This document shows positions 18,185 to 28,170 of a DNA stretch of 64,000 nucleotides, one piece after another. Location: the NCBI GenBank assembly GCA_958427355.1, contig CAUACA010000001.1, positions 103,269 to 167,268 of the forward strand, written 5' to 3'. Below the pieces are notes generated by a model. It saw only the letters and a program-made list of their open reading frames with translations. It had not been told where the DNA came from and did not search any database. The position numbers and the translations under genes were made by a program. The DNA is from an uncultured Collinsella sp. GTDB lineage: Bacteria; Actinomycetota; Coriobacteriia; Coriobacteriales; Coriobacteriaceae. How positions within the stretch are numbered: position 1 is the first letter of the stretch; each line of letters opens with the position of its first letter.

Positions 18185-18302
18185 TCGTATCCTTCGAATA
18201 TCCCAAGTGGGCGCAAAACCCTAAGTACGGTCAGCGTGTTGCGGTACGTTCAGCGTGTTTTGCCTGTTGGTCAGCATCAATAGCGAGCTGCGGCAAACTG
18301 TC

Positions 18303-19133
18303 TCAGTACTGCCACATGTGGTTGACAGGGCCGGAGCCTTTGCCCATGTTCAGGCCGGCGGCCAGAGCGCCTGTCAGGTATGCCTTGCCGGCGTTGACGG
18401 CGTCGGCAAGATCCATGCCCTGGGCCAGCGCGCAGGCGATGGCGGACGAGAGCGTGCAACCGGTGCCATGCGTGTTGCCGGTCTCGATGCGCTTGTGGCG
18501 GAACCACGTGGTGAGCGGATCGCCCAGGTGGTTGCCCTCGTCATCGAGCGGCGCGGGCTCTGCTAGCACATCGTTGGCCTCGTTGACAAAATGCCCGCCC
18601 TTAACGAGAGACGCGCAGCCAAAGCGGCGGGTGAGAAGCATGGCGGCATTTTGCTGAGTGCGCTCGGAATCGACCTCGTAATCGAGCAACGCCATGGCCT
18701 CGGGAATATTGGGCGTGATGACGGTCGCCAGTGGGAACAGGCGGCGTGTAAGTGCTTCGGCGGCGTCCTCTGCGATCAGGCGAGCACCCGAGGTGGCGAT
18801 CATGACGGGGTCGACGACGATATTTTGTGCGTCCCAGGCACTCAGACGGTCGGCGATAACCTCGATAATCTCGGCAGAGGAGACCATGCCGATCTTGACG
18901 GCACTGGGGCAGATATCGTCAAAAACGGCATCGATTTGCGCCGCGACAATATCCGGGGAGATGTTTTGCACGGCGGTGACACCGAGCGTGTTTTGTGCGG
19001 TTATGGCTGTGATGGCCGTCTCGGCATACAGACGGTGCGCCGTGATGGTCTTGATGTCGGCCTGAATGCCGGCACCACCGCTGGAATCTGATCCTGCGAT
19101 GGATAGAACGGCGGGTACCTTACTGCGATCCAT
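18303..19133 (-). CDS. thiD: Hydroxymethylpyrimidine/phosphomethylpyrimidine kinase
   Basis: IAGSDSSGGAGIQADIKT, VKIGM, HGTGCTLSSA. Confidence 0.95.
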   Translation of the reverse strand: MDRSKVPAVLSIAGSDSSGGAGIQADIKTITAHRLYAETAITAITAQNTLGVTAVQNISPDIVAAQIDAVFDDICPSAVKIGMVSSAEIIEVIADRLSAWDAQNIVVDPVMIATSGARLIAEDAAEALTRRLFPLATVITPNIPEAMALLDYEVDSERTQQNAAMLLTRRFGCASLVKGGHFVNEANDVLAEPAPLDDEGNHLGDPLTTWFRHKRIETGNTHGTGCTLSSAIACALAQGMDLADAVNAGKAYLTGALAAGLNMGKGSGPVNHMWQY

Positions 19134-19310
19134 GTTCGCTCCCTTGTTCGGTCGGATTCAAATGGGTCTTCTGCCCGCATTATAAAGTTGCCCGGGCCGG
19201 CTGTATGCCGAACCCGGGCGGGTAGTGCAATCTTTACGCAAACGCAAGCAAATGTTCACACGTCAACAATTGACGAACACCTTGTTACCGATTGTGGCTC
19301 CGGAGACGCG

Positions 19311-20645
19311 TTAATCCTCCATGCCGAGGTCGATCGTCGTGCCTTCGAACACCTTGTTAACGGTGCGGACGGCGCACATCTTGCCACACATGGTGCAAGT
19401 GCCCTCGGTGGCGGCGGGGGACTCCTCGTAGCGCTTCTTGCCCGTAACCGGGTCGAGCGCGCACTTCCACATGGCGTCCCAGTCGAGCTTGCGGCGTGCC
19501 TGGCCCATCTTGTCGTCCATGTCGCGGGCGTGGGGCACCTTTTTGGCGATGTCGGCGGCGTGTGCGGCAATCTTGGTGGCCATGAGGCCGTCGAGCACGT
19601 CCTGGGCGTTGGGCAGGCACAAGTGCTCGGCCGGCGTCACGTAGCACAGGAAGTCGGCGCCGGAGCTGGCGGAGATAGCGCCGCCGATGGCAGCGGTGAT
19701 GTGGTCGTAGCCCACGCCGATATCGGTCACCAGCGGCCCGAGCACATAGAACGGGGCGTTGTGGCACAGGCGCTTCTGCAGTTTCATGTTGGCGGCGATC
19801 TCGTCGAGCGCCATGTGGCCCGGACCCTCGACCATAACCTGGACGCCGGCGGCCCATGCGCGCTTGCACAGCTTGCCCAGCTCGATCATCTCGGCGGTCT
19901 CGGTGGCGTCGTTGGAGTCGTAGAGGCAGCCCGGGCGACAGGAGTCGCCGAGCGAAATCGTCACGTCGTACTCGTGGCAGATTTCGAGCAGCTCGTCGTA
20001 GAACTCATAGAACGGGTTCTCGTTACCGGTGACCTCCATCCAGCCAAACAGCAGCGAGCCGCCGCGGCTCACGATGTTCATGAGGCGGCCGGTCTCCTTA
20101 AAGGTCTTGGTGACCGACTTGTTGATGCCGCAGTGGATGGTCATAAAGTCCACGCCGTCCTCGGCGTGCGCGCGCACGACCTCGAACAGGTCGTCCTTGG
20201 TAAGCTTGACCAGCGGCTTTTCCATGTAGCCGATGGCGTCGTACATGGGGACGGTGCCCACCATGAGCGGGGTCTCGTCGATGAGCTGCTGGCGGAACTG
20301 GCGCGTCTTGCCCGAGTTGGAGAGGTCCATGATGGCGTCGGCGCCAAAGTCCTCAGCGATCTTGACCTTCTTCCATTCCTCGGCGGCATCGGCCTTGTCG
20401 CCCGAGATGCCCAAGTTCACGTTGACCTTGGTGGACAGGCCCTCACCGACACCAAAGGCGCGCATGCCCTTTTTGATATGCACGATGTTGGCGGGAATGG
20501 CGATGCGGCCGTCTGCTACGCGCTCACGGATGTACTCGGGGTCACGATGCTCGCGCTCGGCGACCTCCTTCATCTGCGGTGTGATCTGCCCGGCGCGGGC
20601 AAAGTCGATTTGCGTGACGAGCTTGGGCTCGGTCTGTGTGCTCAT
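19311..20645 (-). CDS. thiC: Phosphomethylpyrimidine synthase
   Basis: KVNVNLG, GTVPMY, SRGGS, EGPGH, CTMCGKMC; TPP riboswitch upstream; start chosen by RBS spacing. Confidence 0.93.
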   Translation of the reverse strand: MSTQTEPKLVTQIDFARAGQITPQMKEVAEREHRDPEYIRERVADGRIAIPANIVHIKKGMRAFGVGEGLSTKVNVNLGISGDKADAAEEWKKVKIAEDFGADAIMDLSNSGKTRQFRQQLIDETPLMVGTVPMYDAIGYMEKPLVKLTKDDLFEVVRAHAEDGVDFMTIHCGINKSVTKTFKETGRLMNIVSRGGSLLFGWMEVTGNENPFYEFYDELLEICHEYDVTISLGDSCRPGCLYDSNDATETAEMIELGKLCKRAWAAGVQVMVEGPGHMALDEIAANMKLQKRLCHNAPFYVLGPLVTDIGVGYDHITAAIGGAISASSGADFLCYVTPAEHLCLPNAQDVLDGLMATKIAAHAADIAKKVPHARDMDDKMGQARRKLDWDAMWKCALDPVTGKKRYEESPAATEGTCTMCGKMCAVRTVNKVFEGTTIDLGMED

Positions 20646-20653
20646 TGGCATGG

Positions 20654-20742
20654 CTCCCTTCGTTGGCATTACCCATATCAGGTTTGCGGGTCAGGGCGGG
20701 CGCGCCCAATCTCAGCCTGCCGTCTTGTCCTGCAAGCCCCCC
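20654..20742 (-). ncRNA. TPP riboswitch
   Basis: Minus strand reads GGGG..GCTGAGA..ACCC..ACCTGAT.TGGGTAATGCCAACGAAGGGAG, directly upstream of thiC. Confidence 0.93.
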
Positions 20743-20816
20743 GTTTATGTAATGGGCTCAAGTATAGCTCGAATGGGTACGATTGGCCTAACGAGCGTGC
20801 CTGTGAGGAGGCGAAC

Positions 20817-21338
20817 ATGGAAGACAAGCATCTATATCGAGAGACGCAATGGGATGTATCGGCCGAGGAAAGCCGTGCGCACCATGGCCTTGTCGCGATC
20901 GGTTTTGCGGTGCTTGCCGTGCTGGTGATTGCCTTTTGTATCTGGACGTTTGGTGGTCGCGGCGGCGCTGCATGGGAGTTCGAGGCTGATGATAGCCTAC
21001 CGATTATGACGGTGAGGAGTACTGGCGGTAATGCCAATACGCTCGCCGTTCCGGGCGATTATTGGTACCCGTGCGATGAGTTTGTGCAGTTGCAGCTGAG
21101 TGGTGGGTCTATTCCTGGTGAGGAAATCGAACGCGTGACGTATGATGCGACGTTCAAAACGTTGACGGTGAAGCTCAAAGATCAAGGGGATGTGCCCACG
21201 ACGATGGATATCGCGCTGACGGAATGGCGCCTGGAGCCCCCGTCGGGTGTTGCGGTGTCCGAGGTCGAGCACGTCAAGATTGTCTATCAGGACGGTTCGA
21301 CAAACGGGATTGCAAAGGCCGACGGTCTAGCAGAATAG
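20817..21338 (+). CDS. Hypothetical membrane-anchored protein
   Basis: GAGGAGG RBS, single TM segment; real 3' part of the 716-aa track ORF. Confidence 0.7.
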   Translation: MEDKHLYRETQWDVSAEESRAHHGLVAIGFAVLAVLVIAFCIWTFGGRGGAAWEFEADDSLPIMTVRSTGGNANTLAVPGDYWYPCDEFVQLQLSGGSIPGEEIERVTYDATFKTLTVKLKDQGDVPTTMDIALTEWRLEPPSGVAVSEVEHVKIVYQDGSTNGIAKADGLAE

Positions 21339-21366
21339 GTGTCGAGCCTAGCAGCCAATTCATAAA

Positions 21367-21431
21367 AGTTGCGGTGGAATAGTTCCTGATTGTGCGAAAA
21401 AGGCTCAAATAGGAATTATTCCACCGCAAGT
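21367..21431. repeat. Palindromic REP/MITE-like element, copy 1
   Basis: AGTTGCGGTGGAATA...TATTCCACCGCAAGT. Confidence 0.8.
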
Positions 21432-21472
21432 TATATAGAGAAGGCTGAGCGGGTCAGTGTTGGGTGCCGGCT

Positions 21473-22282
21473 CTAGAGCATCTGTTCGTTGATGAACACG
21501 AGGGTGTCTAGGTATGAGAGCTCGGGGACGTGGCGATAGCCGATGTTGAATGCGGTAAGTTCGCTTGCATCCTCGAGCTTGTTTTCTGCCATCCACCGCA
21601 CCATGGAGCCGCGCGCCTTTTTGCTGGCGGTCGACCGTTGGATGGGCTTCCCGTTGCGGATACCCTCGCCAAAGAGGCACGTGACGGCTGTGGCGTCGCC
21701 CGCGAGGTGGGGCAGAACGGCTTTGGCATACTCTACGCTGGCGAGGTTGACGATCGTGGTGTTTGAACCTGCCGGGGCGATAACCCGCGCGAGCTTGTCG
21801 CTCCAAAACGCGTAGAGGTCTCGGGCATCGTCAACGGCGAGCTTCGCACCCATCTCCAGCCGATACGGTTCGACGGCATGAAAGGGGCGTACGCATCCGT
21901 AAAGGCCCGAGAGGATCCACAGATGGTCTTGCAGCCATGCGAGCTGCGCGGCATCCATCACCTCGGGTGCCATGCTCTGGTATTGAATGCCGTGATAGGA
22001 CATGACGGCGGGGGAGGTATTGCGGGCGATATCGGGATTGTCGAGGTCGCCGTTTTCCAAGATGGGCTCGAACTCATGCAGGGTGTTGAGGCAGGGCCCC
22101 AGCAGTTTGTCACTCACGTTCCATAGCGCCTGCAGGCCGCCGCTGCCTTCATTTCGCTCAATATCTAGCAACGCGCGATGCAGTCGAGCCGTCTCGCGCG
22201 CAAAGGGCGGAATGCCCAGGACTTCAAAAGCATCTTGGGCCGAGCGCATCTGCTTGGCGGGCGAAATGATGACCTGCAGCAT
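21473..22282 (-). CDS. yaaA: Peroxide stress protein YaaA family
   Basis: IISPAK, ILSGLYG..RP....PYRLEMG, NLASVEY, KKARG. Confidence 0.9.
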   Translation of the reverse strand: MLQVIISPAKQMRSAQDAFEVLGIPPFARETARLHRALLDIERNEGSGGLQALWNVSDKLLGPCLNTLHEFEPILENGDLDNPDIARNTSPAVMSYHGIQYQSMAPEVMDAAQLAWLQDHLWILSGLYGCVRPFHAVEPYRLEMGAKLAVDDARDLYAFWSDKLARVIAPAGSNTTIVNLASVEYAKAVLPHLAGDATAVTCLFGEGIRNGKPIQRSTASKKARGSMVRWMAENKLEDASELTAFNIGYRHVPELSYLDTLVFINEQML

Positions 22283-22305
22283 GGACTCTCCTCTGTCAAA
22301 AAGGA

Positions 22306-22372
22306 AGTTGCGGTGGAATACGGTCTGTTTTGGCCGTTTATGGGCCAGTTTAGTCCGTATTTCACCGCAACT
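22306..22372. repeat. Palindromic REP/MITE-like element, copy 2
   Basis: AGTTGCGGTGGAATA...TATTTCACCGCAACT. Confidence 0.8.
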
Positions 22373-22385
22373 GATGAAGGGTTGG

Positions 22386-23783
22386 TTAGGCGCGCTCGAG
22401 GAAGGCTTTGTAGCCGCGGTAGGCCTCGTAGATATCGGCCTTGTTGGCGACCTCCCACAGGGCGTGCATGGACAGGACGGCAACGCCGGAGTCGATGACG
22501 TTCATACCGTACTTGGCCATGATGTAGGCGATGGTGCCGCCGCCGCCTGCGTTGACGCGACCGAGCTCGCAGGTCTGGAAGTCCACGCCGGCCTCGTCCA
22601 TGATGTCGCGGACGAGGGCCACGTACTCGGCATCGGCGTCGTTGGAACCGCCCTTGCCGCGGCTGCCCGTGTACTTGTTAAAGCACAGGCCGCGACCCAT
22701 AAAGGCCGCGTTCTTGGTCTCGAACTTGCCGGCATAGCCCGGGTCGAAGCCGGCGGACACGTCAGAGGAGAGCATACGGCTGCGGGCGAGCGCGCGGCGC
22801 AGGGCCAGCGGGCTATCCTCGCCGGCGAGCGTCATGATCTCGGCGACGGTGTTCTCGAAGAAGCGACTCGTCATGCCGGTGGCACCCACGGAACCGATCT
22901 CCTCCTTGTCGACGATGAGCGTGATGCTCGTGCGCTCGACATTGGCCACATTGATCTGGGCGAGCATGGAGGGGTAAGCGCAGACGCGGTCGTCGTGGCC
23001 ATAGCCCAAAATCATGGAGCGGTCGAGGCCCATGTCGCGGGCGGGACCGGCGGGCACGACCTCGATCTCGGCGGAGAGGAAGTCCTCCTCCTCGACGTCA
23101 TACTGCTCCTTAAGGATGTCCAGGAACATCTGCTTGACGGGCTCCTTGGGGGCGTCCTTGTCGTTCTCGTCAAACTTGACGGGACGGCCGCCCACGATCA
23201 CGTCGAGGATCTCGGCGTCGACGGCGTCCTTGGCGGGCTTGGCCATCTGCTCGCTCGAGAGGTGGATCAGCAGGTCGGAGATGGTGAAGACTGGGTCATC
23301 TGCCTTGTCGCCGATGTTGATGTCGACGGTGGTGCCGTCCTTTTTGCAGATGACGCCTACGAGTGCGAGCGGGGAAGCGACCCAGTGGTAGCTCTTGACG
23401 CCGCCATAGTAGTGCGTGTCGAGGTAGGCCATGTCGCCGGCCTCGAAGGCGGGGTTCTGCTTAAGGTCTAGGCGCGGCGAGTCCACGTGGGCGCCCAGGA
23501 TGTTAAAGCCCTGCTCGAGCGGGGCGGTGCCCAGGTTGACGAGCATGAGGTCCTTGCCGTGATTGGCGGCGTACACCTTGTCGCCTGCCTTGAGCTCGCG
23601 GCCTTCGGCGATCACGGTTTCCAGGTCGACGTATCCCGCCTCCTCGGCCATCTTGATGCCGGTCTTGACGCACAGGCGCTCGGTCTTGTTCTCGCTCAAA
23701 AACTGCTTATAGCCGCGGCAAAGCTCCTCGAGCTCCTCGACTTGCTGTGGCGTGTACTTTTTCCATGCGCAGGGACGCTCCAT
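22386..23783 (-). CDS. M18 family aminopeptidase
   Basis: GAHVDSPRLDLK, THYYGG, GHDDR, DKEEIGS, SMH. Confidence 0.9.
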   Translation of the reverse strand: MERPCAWKKYTPQQVEELEELCRGYKQFLSENKTERLCVKTGIKMAEEAGYVDLETVIAEGRELKAGDKVYAANHGKDLMLVNLGTAPLEQGFNILGAHVDSPRLDLKQNPAFEAGDMAYLDTHYYGGVKSYHWVASPLALVGVICKKDGTTVDINIGDKADDPVFTISDLLIHLSSEQMAKPAKDAVDAEILDVIVGGRPVKFDENDKDAPKEPVKQMFLDILKEQYDVEEEDFLSAEIEVVPAGPARDMGLDRSMILGYGHDDRVCAYPSMLAQINVANVERTSITLIVDKEEIGSVGATGMTSRFFENTVAEIMTLAGEDSPLALRRALARSRMLSSDVSAGFDPGYAGKFETKNAAFMGRGLCFNKYTGSRGKGGSNDADAEYVALVRDIMDEAGVDFQTCELGRVNAGGGGTIAYIMAKYGMNVIDSGVAVLSMHALWEVANKADIYEAYRGYKAFLERA

Positions 23784-23949
23784 GACGCAGGCTCCTTTCG
23801 GATTGATCGTGCTGGTTGATGTACCGTGAGCCATCGTATCACGCGCGGGCTCACGGTGGCGGGGGAGCTTGATGTGAGGTGGCCGCGGGGCGGGGAGCGT
23901 GTAAACTGGAGTGAGCAAACCGTGCCCAGCCCAAAGCGAGGTATTTAAT

Positions 23950-26700
23950 ATGTCTGACAAGCGCCGCACTTTTGCCGTTATCGACGGCAACTCGCTCATG
24001 CACCGCGCCTTTCACGCCGTGCCGCCGACCATGAACGCGCCGGACGGTCGCCCCACCAACGCGATCTTTGGCTTTCTGAACATGTTTCTTAAGATGATTG
24101 ATGCCTTTAACCCCGACGGTGTGGTCGTGGCGTTTGACAAGGGTAAGCCGCGCGTGCGCATGGAGATGCTGCCACAGTACAAGGCTCAGCGTCCGCCCAT
24201 GGACCCCGATCTGCACGCGCAGTTTCCTATGATTAAGGAGCTGCTCACCGCGCTCAACGTGCCGATTTTGCAGTCCGAGGGCTGGGAAGGCGATGACATC
24301 CTGGGTACCATGGCGCGCCTGGGCGAGCAGGCCGGCTGCGACATGCTACTGGTGACCGGCGACCGCGACATGTATCAACTCGTGACCGAGCACGTCAACG
24401 TGGTCTCGACCCGCAAGGGCCTGTCCGACGTGGCGATCATGACGCCCGAGAGCGTGGATGACCTGTATCACGGCATTACGCCGGCGCTCGTGCCCGATTT
24501 TTACGGTCTAAAGGGCGATACGTCGGACAACATTCCCGGCGTACCGGGCATCGGCCCCAAAAAGGCGAGCACGCTCATCGCGCAGTACGGCAGTTTGGAC
24601 GAGGTCGTTGCACACGCCGACGAGGTCAAGGGCAAGATGGGCGAAAACCTGCGTGCACACATCGACGACGCGCTGCTGAGCCGCAAGGTGGCGACCATCC
24701 GCACCGATGCGCCCGTTGAGCTCGATTTTGAGGCGACGTCCTTTCCGGCGTTTTCTGCCGATGAGGTTTCCGCGGCGCTGGGAACGCTTGGTATCACCGC
24801 CATGCAGAACCGTTTCTTGGCGCTGATCGGCGGCGAGGGCGGGGCTGCTGCTGCCTCCAGTGCGTTTGAGATACCTGCGATGGTTCGCGCAGCCGCCGGC
24901 GATGCTGACGCGCTTGGTGCCGTTGCGGCTGAGGTCTCCCGCGCGATTGCTGCCGGCGAGTGGGTCGCCGCCGTGGTAGACGACGACAAGGAAGAGGGCG
25001 CGCTCTTTGGACTGACGCGCACGCTGTGGTTGGCGACGTCCAAGGGCCTGTTCGCGCTCGAGGAGGGCGACAGCGATGCGGCGGCTGAGGTTGAGGGCTT
25101 CAACTTCGTCCACGGCGTGATCGCTGGTGTGCTCGCGCGCCTGTTTATGGAGGGCCGCGTGGCGAGCCCGGATATGAAAGCGCTGCTGCATGAGCTTTCG
25201 CCCATCGATTCTTCGGAGCCCGAGCTCATGGATCCGCTGGCAGTCGACTCCACGTGCATCTTCGACACCGTGGTTGCCGCCTACCTGCTGGATTCTGACC
25301 GCTCTGAGTTTGACGAGGCGTATCTGGCCGATACCTATCTGCAGATGGCGCTGCCTGCGGCGCGCGGTGCAGAGGGTGCCGGTGAGGACGCTCCGGCGCC
25401 TGCCGCCCGTACTGCGGCCCTGACGCTGGCGCTCGTGGCGCCGTTGCGCGACCGCATGGCCCGCGAGAACGCCGCCAACGTGTTCGATGGTATCGAGATG
25501 CCGCTCGTTCCGGTACTTGCCAAGATGGAGCGCGCGGGCATGCTTGTGGACCCCGACCGCCTGCACAGTCTGTCCGAGGGTCTGGCGACCCAGATTGCCG
25601 AGGTTGAGCGCAGCATTCGCGACCTGGCGGGTGACGAGACCTTTAACATCGGCAGCCCCATGCAACTTTCGCACGTGCTCTTTGACGTGATGGGCCTTCC
25701 GACCAAGGGCCTCAAGAAGACTAAGCGCGGCTATTATTCGACCAACGCCAAGGTGCTGAGCGACCTTGCGCGTGACCACGAAATCGTGCGTCTGATCTTG
25801 GACTGGCGTGAGAAGTCTAAGATCAAGTCCACCTATCTGGACACGCTGGGCCCGCTACGCCGTGGTGACGGTCGCGTACACACTACGTACAACCAGACCA
25901 TCACGGCAACGGGGCGTCTGTCCTCGAGCGACCCGAACCTGCAGAACATCCCGACGCGCTCGGAGCTGGGTCGTACCGTCAAGACGGCGTTTTCGGCAGG
26001 CGAGGGAAGCGTCTTTTTGGCGGTGGACTACTCGCAGATCGAGCTGCGTCTGCTGGCACATCTCTCGGGTGACGAGCACCTGGTGCGCGCCTTTAACGAG
26101 GGCGAGGACTTCCATGCCGAGACGGCGGCGCGCGTGTTTGGTGTGCCGGTGTCCGAGGTAACGCCCGACTTGCGCAGTCGCGCCAAGGCCGTGAACTTTG
26201 GCATCGTGTATGGCCAGCAGGCCTACGGCCTGTCGCAGTCGCTGCATATCTCGATGGCCGAGGCACGCGACATGATTGACCGCTACTACGAGGCCTACCC
26301 GGGCGTGCGCACGTTCCTCGACAACGTGGTGGCACGCGCCAAGCAGACGGGCTACGCCGAGACCATGTACGGCCGCCGTCGTCATATTCCGGAGCTCAAG
26401 GCCAAAAACCCGCAACTCCGCGGTTTTGGCGAGCGCACGGCCATGAACCACCCCATGCAGGGCACCGCCGCCGACATCATCAAGATCGCCATGGCCCGCG
26501 TAAGCCGCCGCCTGGAAGAAGAAGGCTTTGCCGCCCACATGATCTTGCAGGTACACGACGAACTGGACTTTGAGTGCCCCGTCGACGAAGTCGAGCGCCT
26601 AACCACCATGGTCCGCGACGTCATGGAACACGTAGTAGACCTCCGCGTACCGTTGATCGCCGAAGCCAGCACCGGCATAACCTGGGCCGACGCCAAATAG
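23950..26700 (+). CDS. polA: DNA polymerase I
   Basis: IDGNSL.HRAFHA 5'-nuclease; TGRLSSSDPNLQNIP, DYSQIELR, KAVNFGIVYG, QVHDEL. Confidence 0.97.
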   Translation: MSDKRRTFAVIDGNSLMHRAFHAVPPTMNAPDGRPTNAIFGFLNMFLKMIDAFNPDGVVVAFDKGKPRVRMEMLPQYKAQRPPMDPDLHAQFPMIKELLTALNVPILQSEGWEGDDILGTMARLGEQAGCDMLLVTGDRDMYQLVTEHVNVVSTRKGLSDVAIMTPESVDDLYHGITPALVPDFYGLKGDTSDNIPGVPGIGPKKASTLIAQYGSLDEVVAHADEVKGKMGENLRAHIDDALLSRKVATIRTDAPVELDFEATSFPAFSADEVSAALGTLGITAMQNRFLALIGGEGGAAAASSAFEIPAMVRAAAGDADALGAVAAEVSRAIAAGEWVAAVVDDDKEEGALFGLTRTLWLATSKGLFALEEGDSDAAAEVEGFNFVHGVIAGVLARLFMEGRVASPDMKALLHELSPIDSSEPELMDPLAVDSTCIFDTVVAAYLLDSDRSEFDEAYLADTYLQMALPAARGAEGAGEDAPAPAARTAALTLALVAPLRDRMARENAANVFDGIEMPLVPVLAKMERAGMLVDPDRLHSLSEGLATQIAEVERSIRDLAGDETFNIGSPMQLSHVLFDVMGLPTKGLKKTKRGYYSTNAKVLSDLARDHEIVRLILDWREKSKIKSTYLDTLGPLRRGDGRVHTTYNQTITATGRLSSSDPNLQNIPTRSELGRTVKTAFSAGEGSVFLAVDYSQIELRLLAHLSGDEHLVRAFNEGEDFHAETAARVFGVPVSEVTPDLRSRAKAVNFGIVYGQQAYGLSQSLHISMAEARDMIDRYYEAYPGVRTFLDNVVARAKQTGYAETMYGRRRHIPELKAKNPQLRGFGERTAMNHPMQGTAADIIKIAMARVSRRLEEEGFAAHMILQVHDELDFECPVDEVERLTTMVRDVMEHVVDLRVPLIAEASTGITWADAK

Positions 26701-26732
26701 AGACGTACCAACAACCCACAGTAACCAAAAGC

Positions 26733-26768
26733 AGAAGGGGGCTCCTTGCCAACAAGGAGCCCCCTTCA
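26733..26768. terminator. Terminator between convergent polA and HAD genes
   Basis: GAAGGGGGCTCCTTG-ccaa-CAAGGAGCCCCCTTC. Confidence 0.75.
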
Positions 26769-26788
26769 TTCCAAAAAAATCAGCCACG

Positions 26789-27616
26789 TTAACGAGCCGC
26801 CAAGATGGCGTCGATGAGCGTCAGTACGCCCCCGTCGTTGTTGCTCGGAATGCGCCATTTAGCATGCGCGTTCATATGCTCCTCGGCGTTGTCCACGATA
26901 AAGCTGTGGCCGACGCGCTCCAGCATGGGGATGTCGTTGTAGGTGTCGCCCACGGCGGCGGCATCGGCGATATCGATGCCCAGGTGCTCGCAAAGATGCG
27001 CGACGCCGGCGCCCTTGTCGACACCCAGGTTCATAAAGTCGATCCACTCGCGCCCGGCGTTGGTGACGTAGAGCTTGTCCGAGAACTCGGGGCTATAGGT
27101 CTCGCGGAAAGCGGGCTCGGCGTCGTAGCCGGGGAAGAAGACCGAAATCTTGTTGGACTCGAAATCAATGCCCTCAAAGCTGTCGACGTAGTTGATTGTG
27201 TTGTAGTAGACGCTGATCTCGTCGTGGTACTGATGGTCGCGGGCAAGCACGTAGAACTCGTCGAAGCAGCACAGGACGGGGACAGCGCGCGGATCCTCCG
27301 AGGCGCGGCTCAAGACCTGCTGATACAGCGCCACATCGATGTTGCTCTTATAGATATAGTTGCCGCGATAGATGACGCAGGCTCCGTTGTCGGGACAAAA
27401 GGCGAGGCGGTTCTTGATGCCCTCGAACATCTCCTCGAGCTTGGGGGCTGGACGTCCGCTAGCGGGGCAGAACACGATGCCAGCCTCGGCGAGCTTGTCC
27501 AGGCGCTCATCAAGACCCTGAGGTAGCACGCGCTCGTCGGTGAGAAGCGTCTTGTCCATATCAACGGCGAGAATCTTAATGTTTCCAATATTGGCGTCCG
27601 ATTCGTAAGTTTGCAT
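26789..27616 (-). CDS. Cof-type HAD hydrolase
   Basis: DMDKT, ASGR, DKG, GDTYND. Confidence 0.9.
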   Translation of the reverse strand: MQTYESDANIGNIKILAVDMDKTLLTDERVLPQGLDERLDKLAEAGIVFCPASGRPAPKLEEMFEGIKNRLAFCPDNGACVIYRGNYIYKSNIDVALYQQVLSRASEDPRAVPVLCCFDEFYVLARDHQYHDEISVYYNTINYVDSFEGIDFESNKISVFFPGYDAEPAFRETYSPEFSDKLYVTNAGREWIDFMNLGVDKGAGVAHLCEHLGIDIADAAAVGDTYNDIPMLERVGHSFIVDNAEEHMNAHAKWRIPSNNDGGVLTLIDAILAAR

Positions 27617-28170
27617 AAAAGCGAGCCTTTCGTTTCGAAATTGTTTCAGATGTTATAACCATCAACTCGTAGTCAGGCGTATTTTCGCAGGAACGCAGCG
27701 TATTTGCACTGCATTTCACAAACTAATGAAAAAACTTTTCAGAAATTTGAATTTGCCGCTTGTGCAGCGGGCACTTTATCGTAATATAGCGAACATCGAA
27801 AACGGAGACGGCAAAATAGCCGCTTACCGAGAAAAAGGTACCGTTTACGATATTTGAATTGCGCCCGGCGATAGGTGAAAGGAGAGGCAGATGCAGTTCG
27901 TAAAGATCATCACTACTGCAGACAATGCCATCCGACGCCAGCGCGCAATTTCCCGACGACGATAACAATCGTCTCTGTCCGCATGGGGCGAATTGCCTCA
28001 ACAGAGTCATTTTGAGGTCGTTGGGTTTTAGTACGACATTGCTGCATGTTTCTAGGGCATGTATGTGCTGATTTTTGCTATTTAACCTGATATTGCACGG
28101 TATATGACCTTGAAATGACTTGCAACTGACCGATGTTCTAACTAGCTACCAAGGGCGAAAGGAAACAGCC

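Larger units (their letters stand above)
1..18300 (+). mobile_element. Prophage, late-gene half (siphovirus-like head/tail/lysis modules); left part outside window
   Basis: Co-directional MuF, scaffold, capsid, head-tail, tail tube, tape measure, holin and amidase genes; host thiD ends at 18303. The right boundary is approximate. Confidence 0.93.

Noticed and set aside
18143..18302. Integrase or tRNA at the prophage end
   Set aside because: No ORF with recombinase motifs and no cloverleaf seen.
19311..20645. BzaA/B/F (cobalamin lower ligand) instead of ThiC
   Set aside because: The TPP riboswitch and adjacent thiD support thiamine synthesis.
19188..20816. 716-aa ORF 19188-21338
   Set aside because: Mostly antisense to thiC; the real gene starts at 20817 with its own RBS.
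27617..28170. ARG boxes or riboswitch upstream of argG
   Set aside because: AT-rich promoter region, but no motif I can support.
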